From a virus (taxonomy: Duplodnaviria; Caudoviricetes), in IMG/VR virus record IMGVR_UViG_3300028186_000155: DNA of 64,000 nt. One strand, written 5' to 3'. The position numbers and the translations under genes were made by a program. The notes under the pieces are model-generated. The model made no database searches, was not told the DNA's origin, and saw nothing but the letters and a program-made list of their open reading frames with translations. Below, one piece after another: positions 7,307 through 15,685 of this stretch. Within the stretch, counting starts at the first letter, position 1; each line of letters starts with the position of its first letter.

Positions 7307-10060
7307 ATGAAAACAGAAGTGGCATTGGCCGCAGTGTCCATGAAGACGGCGCTGAAATACCGCCGTAACTGGAACAAAGATGCACCCGCCGTACACCTGC
7401 TGCAATCCATGATGCCGAAAGGGCCGGGCCGCAAAGGCTACCGCCTGTATTTCGATATCGGTCAACAGCACCGCACCCACTTTACGATCCCGCCCGCTGT
7501 GCGTTCAGCACTGCAACGCGCCGGTTACGTGGCCACTGATTACCTCGCAAAGAAATGCGTAAAAATCAGTGACAAAGAGCAAAAGAACGTGACCAACATC
7601 GGCAAGGTGATTGCCAAAGATCCGCATGCGAAAGCAGCGTTCGATAATGACCCACAATTGCAGAATACCAAACAGGGTTCGTTGCAGGTGGTGATCAGCT
7701 GTCACCCATACGACATTATCGGCATGAGCACCGGTCGCGATTGGGATTTGACAAGCTGCATGCGACTGGCCGATGGTGAGCACCGTTTGAATCCCGGCAT
7801 TAACCAACACTACGTCAAAAACGATGTGGCTGAAGGTACGCTGGTGGCCTACGTGGTTTCCTCCGACGACCAGAATATTCAGCGGCCTAAAGCGCGCTGT
7901 TTGCTGAAGCCATTTATCAACGCGAAGGGTGACGTTTTGTATCGTCGCGAAACCCGCGTTTACGGCAACCCTGTGCCCGGTTTTGATTTGGTGATTGCAC
8001 GTTTCCTGCGCCAAGCCAATAAAGACCTGCCGTCCGACCGATTCCATATGGCAGAAACGCTGTATAACGACGGCATGGGCACCGAAATGTTCCATGAGCA
8101 AAGTGACGAAAATAACTATTCGGCACACGATGCACTGATGGACCCGGAACTGGCGCTGGATTATATTCAGCAGCGGGTGTTGGTTCTGAAAAACTCTGAT
8201 GATTCAGAAGCGAAAAAGCAGATTGCCCAACAGATTTATCAGTATCTCGATTCCAATGAAGCCGAGAAACTGCACGATACGCAGATTACAGAAATCGTTG
8301 ATGCCCTTAAAGGCGTCAAGGAATTTGTGGATGAACTCAACAACCAATCCACCATGGGCGCGGGCCTGCGTCCGCTGCCTGCACGTATCGGTCGTGCACT
8401 GGGCGCCTTCGATGGGTTTAAAGACCTCGACCAAAAAACCGTGAGCAAATTACCGCTGAGTTTGGTAAATTCGCTGAGCATCGGCGGCGGTGCCGTTATG
8501 GAGGAAATGCTGGGACGCTTGCAGGCAATGACCGAGCACAGCAACCTTGCAACAAACTCAAAAACCTTCCGCATGATTATGACCGGTGTGTATCCAGTAC
8601 CGCCAAAAGAAGTGCTGGAGAAATACCAGAAGGTTGGCCACGCGCTGTATTCGATGGCTTCGGCTGCACGTCACATGCTGTTGCTTGACGACGATTCGAT
8701 GCAAAAAGTTGCCTACGAAATTCTCGATATGGATCTGAGTTTCGAAGAGCCTTTGCGCACAGAAGAAATGGCCGATCTGGTTTATCAGGCCGGTGGCACG
8801 GGTCTGTCGATTTGCTACAACATCGATAACCTTGGCCGTCTCGATTCCAACACGTTGTGGGTTCCACCGGTCGGCGTTGTGGCCAACACCCTGACCCGTA
8901 AAGCTTTCCGCCTGCTGGATAAATACGATAAAGATGGCCGGGTGGAAATGTGGGTTGGTGAAATCAAGAAAAACATGGTTGAGCAGTTGCTGTACAGCCC
9001 TGAAAAACTGCGCGATTACAAAGATTTCCTGCCACGCCTGCGCGATTGGTTGAACGAGAACACCGAAGCGGTGCAGACTCTGGTTTCTCAATGGAACCCG
9101 AAACAGGTTAAAGCGTTGGCAGAATTCCACCTGCCATCCGTAATGCACCTGAACGATAACGGCATCATTTTCGGTTCGCAAACTGCCGACACTATCAACG
9201 GTATTTTGCCGTCGCTGGTTGCGTGGGATGGCGAGCCGCTGATTCCAGAATCGCAGGATATGGTCGAGATTTGCCAGCTGATGGTTGCAGCCGGTAATCT
9301 GCTGGAAAAACCGCTGCATTTGGAAAAGAAATTCGATCCAGAAACGTTCGAAGAGCAAGACGTGGTGGACGTTGCCGAGAACTTCCAAACCGGTATGGGC
9401 CGCCGTCGCCACCAGCGCACCACCACGTTTGGCGCCCTGCTGAACAAAATCGAAATCAACGGCGAAAAACCTGATATCACGTGGCGCATGGAACTGGTTG
9501 AGCACAACGGTGCCGATGGCATTGGTTGGGTTCCACCGGAAAAACTGCCGCAACTGATCCGCAAATTGCTGGCGATGGTTGCCAACATGGATTCGTTGGA
9601 TACCGCGATTCTGGCCCTGACCCGTTTGGTTCACAATACCAATATGATTCACCCTGTGGACGTACAGGAAGAATTGAATAATCGGATGGACATGGGCTTT
9701 ATCCAATATCCAGACGAAGACGAAATGGATGCAGCGGCCTACGAAGAGGCATTGGAAGCCTACGAAGAAAACCGCCAGCGCATCGAAGACGAACTGACGG
9801 CACAGCGCGAAAAAACTCTGGACCTCAACGAACAATTGCTGCTGGTTCTGGAAAAGGTTGCCGACTTTGTTGGCATGGATGATTTCGATGAAAGTCTGGA
9901 TGATGACGAAGCTGAAGCTATGCCATTCGACGTGAAAACTCCGAACATTCGCGAAAATCAATGGGCGGATCAAGCCGATGAAGTCCACGGTCTGCGCCGT
10001 GAGATTTACGACGCGCAACAAACGCGCCCGGATGAATTGCAGGAAATGCGGGACGAATAA
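7307..10060 (+). CDS. Large paralogue with SCHPYD/SCMRL domain and acidic C-terminus, MKTEVALA leader
   Basis: 917-aa ORF, SD AAGGA; shares VISCHPYD..MSTGR.WD.TSCMRL and NDVAEGTLVAY. Confidence 0.8.
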   Translation: MKTEVALAAVSMKTALKYRRNWNKDAPAVHLLQSMMPKGPGRKGYRLYFDIGQQHRTHFTIPPAVRSALQRAGYVATDYLAKKCVKISDKEQKNVTNIGKVIAKDPHAKAAFDNDPQLQNTKQGSLQVVISCHPYDIIGMSTGRDWDLTSCMRLADGEHRLNPGINQHYVKNDVAEGTLVAYVVSSDDQNIQRPKARCLLKPFINAKGDVLYRRETRVYGNPVPGFDLVIARFLRQANKDLPSDRFHMAETLYNDGMGTEMFHEQSDENNYSAHDALMDPELALDYIQQRVLVLKNSDDSEAKKQIAQQIYQYLDSNEAEKLHDTQITEIVDALKGVKEFVDELNNQSTMGAGLRPLPARIGRALGAFDGFKDLDQKTVSKLPLSLVNSLSIGGGAVMEEMLGRLQAMTEHSNLATNSKTFRMIMTGVYPVPPKEVLEKYQKVGHALYSMASAARHMLLLDDDSMQKVAYEILDMDLSFEEPLRTEEMADLVYQAGGTGLSICYNIDNLGRLDSNTLWVPPVGVVANTLTRKAFRLLDKYDKDGRVEMWVGEIKKNMVEQLLYSPEKLRDYKDFLPRLRDWLNENTEAVQTLVSQWNPKQVKALAEFHLPSVMHLNDNGIIFGSQTADTINGILPSLVAWDGEPLIPESQDMVEICQLMVAAGNLLEKPLHLEKKFDPETFEEQDVVDVAENFQTGMGRRRHQRTTTFGALLNKIEINGEKPDITWRMELVEHNGADGIGWVPPEKLPQLIRKLLAMVANMDSLDTAILALTRLVHNTNMIHPVDVQEELNNRMDMGFIQYPDEDEMDAAAYEEALEAYEENRQRIEDELTAQREKTLDLNEQLLLVLEKVADFVGMDDFDESLDDDEAEAMPFDVKTPNIRENQWADQADEVHGLRREIYDAQQTRPDELQEMRDE

Positions 10061-10065
10061 AACGG

Positions 10066-10073
10066 TAATTTGA
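10066..10073 (+). promoter_or_regulatory. Candidate late-promoter motif variant (TAATTTGA)
   Basis: Intergenic, one mismatch to TAATTTAA, followed by hairpin CCGGGAC/GTCCCGG. Confidence 0.4.
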
Positions 10074-10125
10074 TTGTATATGCCGGGACCGCGTGTCCCG
10101 GTTTCAATCATGCAGAGGATTCGAA

Positions 10126-10548
10126 ATGGAAGTTTGGATAGCACTCGCTGCCGAAGATATTAGCGCCCGGATTTCCGACGGTGTGCGGCAGATTATGAAA
10201 CGCAGCTACACTTCGCTTTTCGCCAACGTTTTCACGCAAGTTTACGATATCGAAGATCGCAAGAAATCCGAAATCAAACAGGTGCGTGAAATGGATAAAG
10301 ACCTGTCGCCGGTTCTGGTGACGGTTGAAGACCAGAAGCACCAGAAACTGACTTTCGTTTTTGCTGTGCCGAACATTGGCAACGTGCTGCATATTCCGAA
10401 CCCGGCCCAAGGTTACATTTTGCACGATAACAAAGTGCAGGAATTCGATTTGGAATCGCGGGTAATCAAGGTGCGCGGTATCGACTACGCGATTGCAGCA
10501 GCAGTCGCCCGGCGAGCGCCGAACTTCCTCGATTTTGGTGCACGTTAA
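10126..10548 (+). CDS. Hypothetical protein with MEVWIALA leader
   Basis: Start moved to ATG 10126 after SD GAGGA. Confidence 0.7.
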   Translation: MEVWIALAAEDISARISDGVRQIMKRSYTSLFANVFTQVYDIEDRKKSEIKQVREMDKDLSPVLVTVEDQKHQKLTFVFAVPNIGNVLHIPNPAQGYILHDNKVQEFDLESRVIKVRGIDYAIAAAVARRAPNFLDFGAR

Positions 10549-10766
10549 TGGAAGTGCTGATTTCATTGGCAAAGGCGGGTAGTGCCGAACGGTGGGACGA
10601 AATCCCTGAGACGCGTTTTGATAACGCAAAGGAAGGGCGACCACTGAAAGCCACCGGAAAGAAAAAGCGTAGAAAAATCCGTCTGAAAAGCGGATTGATC
10701 GACACGCCAATCGAAGGGGCCGAGACGCACTATCTCGACATTCAGGATACGGTTCGTTGTCCGTGA
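10548..10766 (+). CDS. Small basic protein with MEVLISLA leader
   Basis: TAATG coupling; KKKRRKIRLK patch. Confidence 0.7.
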   Translation: MEVLISLAKAGSAERWDEIPETRFDNAKEGRPLKATGKKKRRKIRLKSGLIDTPIEGAETHYLDIQDTVRCP

Positions 10767-10773
10767 GGAAACC

Positions 10774-11037
10774 ATGCCGAAATTAACAATTAAAGGGATT
10801 GCTAAGCAACCCGAAAATGTCGAAAACCCACAACACGAAGGCACGCGCCTGACGAAGTGGGAAGACGACGACAAAATGATCAAGAAAATGCCACGCTCGA
10901 AAAAGAAAACCTTGCTGAAGGATCGCACGCGTTCCGGGGCACAGGGAGCAATGGCATTCCCTCATGATTACATTGAAAAAATGCACGTGTCTAAATCGAA
11001 TTGGTTGGGCCGTCGTGAGCGGGGACGCGACCGATGA
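10774..11037 (+). CDS. Small basic protein
   Basis: SD GAGGA; K/R-rich; ATGA overlap with next gene. Confidence 0.7.
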   Translation: MPKLTIKGIAKQPENVENPQHEGTRLTKWEDDDKMIKKMPRSKKKTLLKDRTRSGAQGAMAFPHDYIEKMHVSKSNWLGRRERGRDR

Positions 11038-11585
11038 CCGAAATCATTATCGATGGATTTGCGTGCGACGAACCAAAAGAATCTACCGGACGTTTCAAAG
11101 AGATTTTCGGTGATCCGTTTGGCGAGCCACACCCGCACAACCCATTCACGCCTGAAGCCTTTGGCGAGACGTTTGAGCGGGTCAACGCTAAGCCGCGTGT
11201 GAAGGGAATAGCCGAGGATTGGTTCCGCAACGAACTGCGCAAGGGCCTTGAGCGCTCGCGTAAGATGCGCGAAAACAACAACTATGAATCGGTGGCTAGT
11301 GTTCCCCCGTCGAAGAGCCAGCACGCCAAGCAGAAGGCCGACCGGGCGCTGCACAAGGGCATCAAGACGGCACAAGACCACAAGCAAAAGAAGGTGCGTT
11401 CGTTGGGTCAGTTGCAAAAGCAATTGGCGCTAATCAATACGAAGCGGCCCAAAGATCCGGCCAAGATAAAAACTTGGACCGAGCGCCGCCGTGCACTGGC
11501 CAACAAAATTTCCGAGAAACGCGAATCTGTGCGCTACTCGGATAAACGCGTTGCTGGGCTGCGGGAGGAATACCGTGGAAATTGA
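11034..11585 (+). CDS. Protein with acidic N-terminus and basic helical C-terminus
   Basis: ATGA coupling, operon context. Confidence 0.7.
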   Translation: MTEIIIDGFACDEPKESTGRFKEIFGDPFGEPHPHNPFTPEAFGETFERVNAKPRVKGIAEDWFRNELRKGLERSRKMRENNNYESVASVPPSKSQHAKQKADRALHKGIKTAQDHKQKKVRSLGQLQKQLALINTKRPKDPAKIKTWTERRRALANKISEKRESVRYSDKRVAGLREEYRGN

Positions 11586-11961
11586 AATGAGTTTCAAAGA
11601 GCCTGACGCGGTAGAATTGAGCACCATGGCAAATCTGGCGTCCATGCTTCAGGAATTCATGCCGGATTGGACTGTGAATTATATGCGGGTCGAAGTTCCT
11701 TTCGAATTGCGTGCATTTTTCACCAACGGCGTAATGTTTCACCGGGCGACCTACCAGCTGTTCAAATACGAGCACGAATTTTTCATCCACGTGGATTTCA
11801 AAGCCAAGGTTGAAATTTACGTGATCCAAAAGCGTCACACTGAAATATTGCGGCGCAAACTCTACATTGTGGAAAGGCCGGACAGCCTGAAGCTATTCCG
11901 CATTATCACCAATGAACTGGAGGCCGTCGCGTATGGCTATAAAGAAAGCGAAATCAATTAA
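11575..11961 (+). CDS. Hypothetical protein (MEIEMSFK start)
   Basis: GTG 11575 follows SD GGAGG; ATG 11587 is an alternative start. Confidence 0.6.
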   Translation: MEIEMSFKEPDAVELSTMANLASMLQEFMPDWTVNYMRVEVPFELRAFFTNGVMFHRATYQLFKYEHEFFIHVDFKAKVEIYVIQKRHTEILRRKLYIVERPDSLKLFRIITNELEAVAYGYKESEIN

Positions 11962-12373
11962 GAAGCCATCCAAAACCAGCGGTAAGAAAACCAAGATTTC
12001 AGGCGTAGCAGCACGCGCCAGAAAGCTGGGTTTGCAATCGATGGGTTATGGTCGCTGGGGTAAAATGGGGCGCATCACGCACCGTACCAGCGAAGGCAAA
12101 CTGGTTGAGGTTAAAGATTCAAAGCACAACCGGGTAATGACCCGCGACGGCAAAAACAAAGCGAAAACCCTGCTGGCCAAACTGGGCGAGCAACACACGC
12201 AAAAAATGGTCAAGATCAAAATGGCGCTGAAAAAGGCCGAAGGTCGCGACGACAAGGAACAAGTTCGCCACCTGACAAGCCTGCTGGACAAATCCAAAAA
12301 GGAAATGGAAAAGACACGGGAACGCACGCTCAAGCTGCACGGGCGCCCGAAGAAAGCCGCTGGCAAGCCGTAA
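11933..12373 (+). CDS. Highly basic protein, possible internal DNA-binding virion protein
   Basis: ATG 11933 after GGAGG; very Lys-rich; ARKLGL...GYGRWG..G.ITH....GKLVEV module. Confidence 0.7.
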   Translation: MAIKKAKSIKKPSKTSGKKTKISGVAARARKLGLQSMGYGRWGKMGRITHRTSEGKLVEVKDSKHNRVMTRDGKNKAKTLLAKLGEQHTQKMVKIKMALKKAEGRDDKEQVRHLTSLLDKSKKEMEKTRERTLKLHGRPKKAAGKP

Positions 12374-12418
12374 CAAAAAAGCCCCCGAATCCACTACGGA
12401 AACGGGGGCTTTTTTGTT
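12372..12418. terminator. Bidirectional intrinsic terminator
   Basis: Perfect 16-bp arms AACAAAAAAGCCCCCG/CGGGGGCTTTTTTGTT between convergent genes. Confidence 0.9.
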
Positions 12419-12428
12419 TGTGCCGGGG

Positions 12429-12707
12429 TCAAGACTGGGGCATTAGCTGAAGGGTCTGTATGGCGCTGCGCGTGCGCGTGGTGGCTTCGCGAATAGTTAG
12501 GCGCTGGGTATCTACCAGCAAGCGCGCCAAATCGCGTACATGGCCCACGGCGGCCTCATACAGGGGTTTCTGTTGGGCTTCTGGCAGCGCTTCGAAGTAG
12601 CGCCCGCCCCATTCGATTTCGATGGTATCCAAAAACGGATCGTAGGTTGCGCACAGGCGTTTGCCCAGCAATTCAGCGCCAACGGAAACGCGGTTGATGG
12701 TGGTCAT
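12429..12707 (-). CDS. Small early protein B' (paralogue of 12750..13040)
   Basis: SD GGAG; pattern A.Y......I.I...G..FE..., AV....L...L. Confidence 0.7.
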   Translation of the reverse strand: MTTINRVSVGAELLGKRLCATYDPFLDTIEIEWGGRYFEALPEAQQKPLYEAAVGHVRDLARLLVDTQRLTIREATTRTRSAIQTLQLMPQS

Positions 12708-12720
12708 TGATCAGACTCCA

Positions 12721-12743
12721 AAGAAAAGGCCCCGAAGGGCCTT
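12721..12743 (-). terminator. cUUCGg hairpin with U-tract
   Basis: AAGGCCC-TTCG-GGGCCTT-TTCTTT on minus strand. Confidence 0.7.
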
Positions 12744-12749
12744 GATGAA

Positions 12750-13040
12750 TTAGTTTTGCGGGCGTCCGCGTTTGCTTACCAGTTTGTCACGCGCCGCGCC
12801 TATCAGGCGTTCGACTTCCTCTGAATCGGCGTTGTACATGTGAATCAGGGTGCTTTCGAGTTCCATCAGAATATCAACGGCGCGGGCCGCGTTGGCTTCG
12901 CGGGTAACGCTGCTGGCGCTCTCAAATGGCGAGCCATTGATGGTCACTTTAACGCTGTGCGAATCCGCGTGATACTCGGCCTTTACAACCACGGTCGATT
13001 CGACGGAAAGGCCGTTTTGCGGGAAGTTGGTACGGTTCAT
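12750..13040 (-). CDS. Small early protein B
   Basis: SD GGAG; similar to 12429..12707. Confidence 0.7.
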   Translation of the reverse strand: MNRTNFPQNGLSVESTVVVKAEYHADSHSVKVTINGSPFESASSVTREANAARAVDILMELESTLIHMYNADSEEVERLIGAARDKLVSKRGRPQN

Positions 13041-13051
13041 TGCATGTCTCC

Positions 13052-13072
13052 AAAGAGGCCCCGAAGGGCCTT
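13052..13072 (-). terminator. Second copy of cUUCGg hairpin (weak U-tract)
   Basis: AGGCCC-TTCG-GGGCCT-CTTT on minus strand. Confidence 0.55.
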
Positions 13073-13083
13073 AACGAAAAGGG

Positions 13084-13446
13084 TTAGCCGCGCCACTGGC
13101 GGGCAATACGGGCATCGCGGTACTGGTCCCGGCGTTCGTTGTACACGCGCACCAGACTAACGTCCAGCGACTTGGCCGGGCATTTCGCCAACCATTCATC
13201 AAACGCCGCCATGATGATAACCAGCGTTTCGTCATTCAGCGTTTTTGGATTGGGCCACGTGGTGAAACCGTTCCCGGCGATATCGTGATACACGTCGAGT
13301 ATCAACGCATCAGCAGCACCACCGAAAGCGCGACCCAGCGTAACCATGCAACCGCCCGTGGTTGGTTTCTGGCTGATGACGGTCACGCCGCCTTGCGTGG
13401 TGCCAGCGTTGAAAGAGCTTTCGATAACGAGGTTTTTAGTGTCCAT
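13084..13446 (-). CDS. Small early protein A'
   Basis: Start MDTKNL at 13446 by TGATG coupling, SD GGAG. Confidence 0.7.
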   Translation of the reverse strand: MDTKNLVIESSFNAGTTQGGVTVISQKPTTGGCMVTLGRAFGGAADALILDVYHDIAGNGFTTWPNPKTLNDETLVIIMAAFDEWLAKCPAKSLDVSLVRVYNERRDQYRDARIARQWRG

Positions 13447-13796
13447 CACTGGTGCTCCATCCAAATGTTGTTCATGTCTTTGCGCAGCTTCAGCAGGGCG
13501 CGCACAAGGTCGGCATTGATAAGGCGATTCGGGAACTCGGCAAACCAAAGGTCGATGGTTTCAACGCAGCATTCCAAAATCGACGGGTGCCAGTGTTCGA
13601 AAGGTTGGTTTTCCCACACCGGCCCCGGTTTGGTGACGGGTGCGTTTTTGGTGGTATCCCAATCGACGCTGGCGGCCCAAATCACTTTGTAGGTCACGGC
13701 TGCGCCATCGGTTTCAAGGCTAACGCTGAAGTCGCCCGAGCGGTGCATAACAGCGATGGTCGATGTGTTCGGGGTGAACTCTTTGGTGATGGTCAT
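13446..13796 (-). CDS. Small early protein A
   Basis: Start MTITKEF at 13796, downstream of the sigma70 promoter. Confidence 0.7.
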   Translation of the reverse strand: MTITKEFTPNTSTIAVMHRSGDFSVSLETDGAAVTYKVIWAASVDWDTTKNAPVTKPGPVWENQPFEHWHPSILECCVETIDLWFAEFPNRLINADLVRALLKLRKDMNNIWMEHQ

Positions 13797-13837
13797 TTGG
13801 TGGCCCTGTCGGCGGTTGGTAGAACGAAAGAGGCCCA

Positions 13838-13866
13838 AAGGTATCGAACGCCAAACCGTTTGTCAA
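13838..13866 (-). promoter_or_regulatory. Sigma70-type promoter
   Basis: TTGACA (13866-13861), 17-nt spacer, TACCTT (13843-13838). Confidence 0.75.
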
Positions 13867-13895
13867 CCACTCACGCGATTTGGGAAGTTACGGGC

Positions 13896-13933
13896 AAACA
13901 AAAGCCCCGCGCCACAAAGGGCTAACGGGGCTT
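13896..13933 (-). terminator. Intrinsic terminator ending the thyA-folA block
   Basis: AAGCCCCG/CGGGGCTT arms running into a T-rich tract on minus strand. Confidence 0.7.
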
Positions 13934-13938
13934 AGGTT

Positions 13939-14253
13939 CTAGCTAATGGTTACGGTGCCGCGTTGCTCAAGTACCACATACATTTCGTGGCCGCGCATCT
14001 GTTCGGCGGAATTTATGACCGTGTGCGCATGGATAAACATATGCAGCTTCAAATGGTCGTGCTTGGGGATTTCGTGTTCACCATACAAAAAGATATGGCG
14101 CGACCAATCCACTTCGGGACCGAGCAAACGCATTTTCTGTGCGACTTCTGGATGTGAGCGGAAAGTTACACAACGATTTTTCAGCACATCCAAAAAGATC
14201 GGTTCCAGCTTCCCGTCCTTGTCCAAAACCTGTTGCGTTGGAATCACGCGCAT
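13939..14253 (-). CDS. Hypothetical protein
   Basis: Tightly packed minus-strand operon. Confidence 0.65.
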   Translation of the reverse strand: MRVIPTQQVLDKDGKLEPIFLDVLKNRCVTFRSHPEVAQKMRLLGPEVDWSRHIFLYGEHEIPKHDHLKLHMFIHAHTVINSAEQMRGHEMYVVLEQRGTVTIS

Positions 14254-14254
14254 T

Positions 14255-14590
14255 TCAATCCCCTTCGAAAATCATTTGGCCCATACAGCTGATCACCATG
14301 GTTTCCATGAATCCAGTTCCATATGAAAGCACTACGTCGTTGGTCCTGAATGCGTAGGACGCGCCGGGATTTGTCAGATCGTGCAAATCATCACGGGTCA
14401 TACGAACAACTTTGTCGGGATTCAGGCCGGTGGTACTGAAGCCTGCGATGCTGTCGAGTTTTTCGTAGACGTACATTTTCATGCCGGGTCTACGTTTCAG
14501 CAGCGTGGCGAACATTTTGTCGATGCCGTCCACGCACAGGGCGTCAATGCTGAATGCGCATTTGTCTGGATCAAGCTTGAAATCAATCAC
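14255..14590 (-). CDS. Hypothetical protein
   Basis: GTGA overlap with folA stop. Confidence 0.65.
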   Translation of the reverse strand: MIDFKLDPDKCAFSIDALCVDGIDKMFATLLKRRPGMKMYVYEKLDSIAGFSTTGLNPDKVVRMTRDDLHDLTNPGASYAFRTNDVVLSYGTGFMETMVISCMGQMIFEGD

Positions 14591-15099
14591 ATCAAATACT
14601 CCGTGACTTTGAATTCTTCAGTTTCCATGATTTCGGTGAACTGCAAACGGTTGACCATCATGTGCATGAAGAAATTCGGGTGCACCTTAACGTCGCAATC
14701 GTAGGTGCCTCGAATGTGAGTTACGCGAATTTTCGATGCTGCCAATTGCGCATCCAGAATCAGACGTGCGCCGCCAATTACCCACGCCCAATCTGTTGGG
14801 GTTTCGAGCAATTCGATAAGGCTCGCCGCTTTTTCTTTTGCCTCTTCCAAAGATTTCACAAACCACACGTGGTGTTCATCGTCAATTTCCGGCGCAGGCC
14901 CTGAACTGATCACGATGTGTGGACGACCGGGTAGCGGACGCCCGCCGAAAGATTCCCACGTTTTGCGCCCCATGATAATTGGGCAACCCATTGTGGCATC
15001 TTTGAACTGCTGCAAATCAGCCGGGAAATGCCAAGGCATAGTGCCATCTTTGCCAATGCCGCCGTCTTCGTCACACGCGAAAATGATTCCAAGTTTCAT
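14587..15099 (-). CDS. folA: Dihydrofolate reductase
   Basis: IGKDGTMPWH.PADL..FK..T, IMGRKTWES, RPLPGR, VIGGA, CD motifs. Confidence 0.95.
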   Translation of the reverse strand: MKLGIIFACDEDGGIGKDGTMPWHFPADLQQFKDATMGCPIIMGRKTWESFGGRPLPGRPHIVISSGPAPEIDDEHHVWFVKSLEEAKEKAASLIELLETPTDWAWVIGGARLILDAQLAASKIRVTHIRGTYDCDVKVHPNFFMHMMVNRLQFTEIMETEEFKVTEYLM

Positions 15100-15371
15100 G
15101 GCAGAATATCCGTATTGAATTGGCCGACGAAAAGATCACCAGCGTGTTGGTTGATTGGGCGTTTAACCCGCACGTGCACCATGCCGCGTTGAACGTGCGC
15201 AGGCGTCACTTTTGGCACCGTGAAATTGTCGGAAATGTTTTCGCGGAATTTCTTGAGCGCCGCTTCATTTCCAAACACCTCAACCTCGCATTCTTTCGAT
15301 GCGCACATGGCAACCAAAAAGACGGTGGCTGCGTCAATGATCGGCTGCTTTTTGTTTTGGTATGGGTTCAT
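15096..15371 (-). CDS. Hypothetical protein
   Basis: ATGA overlaps at both ends. Confidence 0.65.
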   Translation of the reverse strand: MNPYQNKKQPIIDAATVFLVAMCASKECEVEVFGNEAALKKFRENISDNFTVPKVTPAHVQRGMVHVRVKRPINQHAGDLFVGQFNTDILP

Positions 15372-15685
15372 ACGGCACCAACCTTACGCCGTTTTACTTT
15401 TGGCACCTCGATGTATGCCGTTTCCCAATAACCATCCAACTTTTTGTAATCTTCTGGCACGTACTGGGCTTCGGCCACAAACACCGGATTGTCTGCGCAG
15501 AACTGGGCAACTTCGGCCATGTAACGATCTTTTGCCGCCACAACTACCGGGGCGCAACGGTTGATGAAAAACGTTGCCTCTTCCGGCGATCCTGCCAGTT
15601 CGGTGCAGCCGGTTGGACCCGTCCAATCACGGTGGCCGATGGACAGCGCACGTTTCGTGTTATTGCAAACCAAATAAATCTTCAC
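15368..15685 (-). CDS. Hypothetical protein
   Basis: 4-nt overlaps at both ends. Confidence 0.65.
   Translation of the reverse strand: MKIYLVCNNTKRALSIGHRDWTGPTGCTELAGSPEEATFFINRCAPVVVAAKDRYMAEVAQFCADNPVFVAEAQYVPEDYKKLDGYWETAYIEVPKVKRRKVGAV

Noticed and set aside
8558-10144. 528-aa antisense ORF (also 18276..19919, 20591..22399, 34539..36287, 38048..39529, 42394..44250, 44657..46120)
   Set aside because: Shadow frames of well-supported genes, expected when TTA/CTA/TCA codons are rare; no motifs seen
709-10571. MEMxLALA leader as a Sec signal peptide (A-x-A site)
   Set aside because: Only 8 residues, usually acidic at position 2, with no basic n-region or full h-region; the cargo looks cytoplasmic
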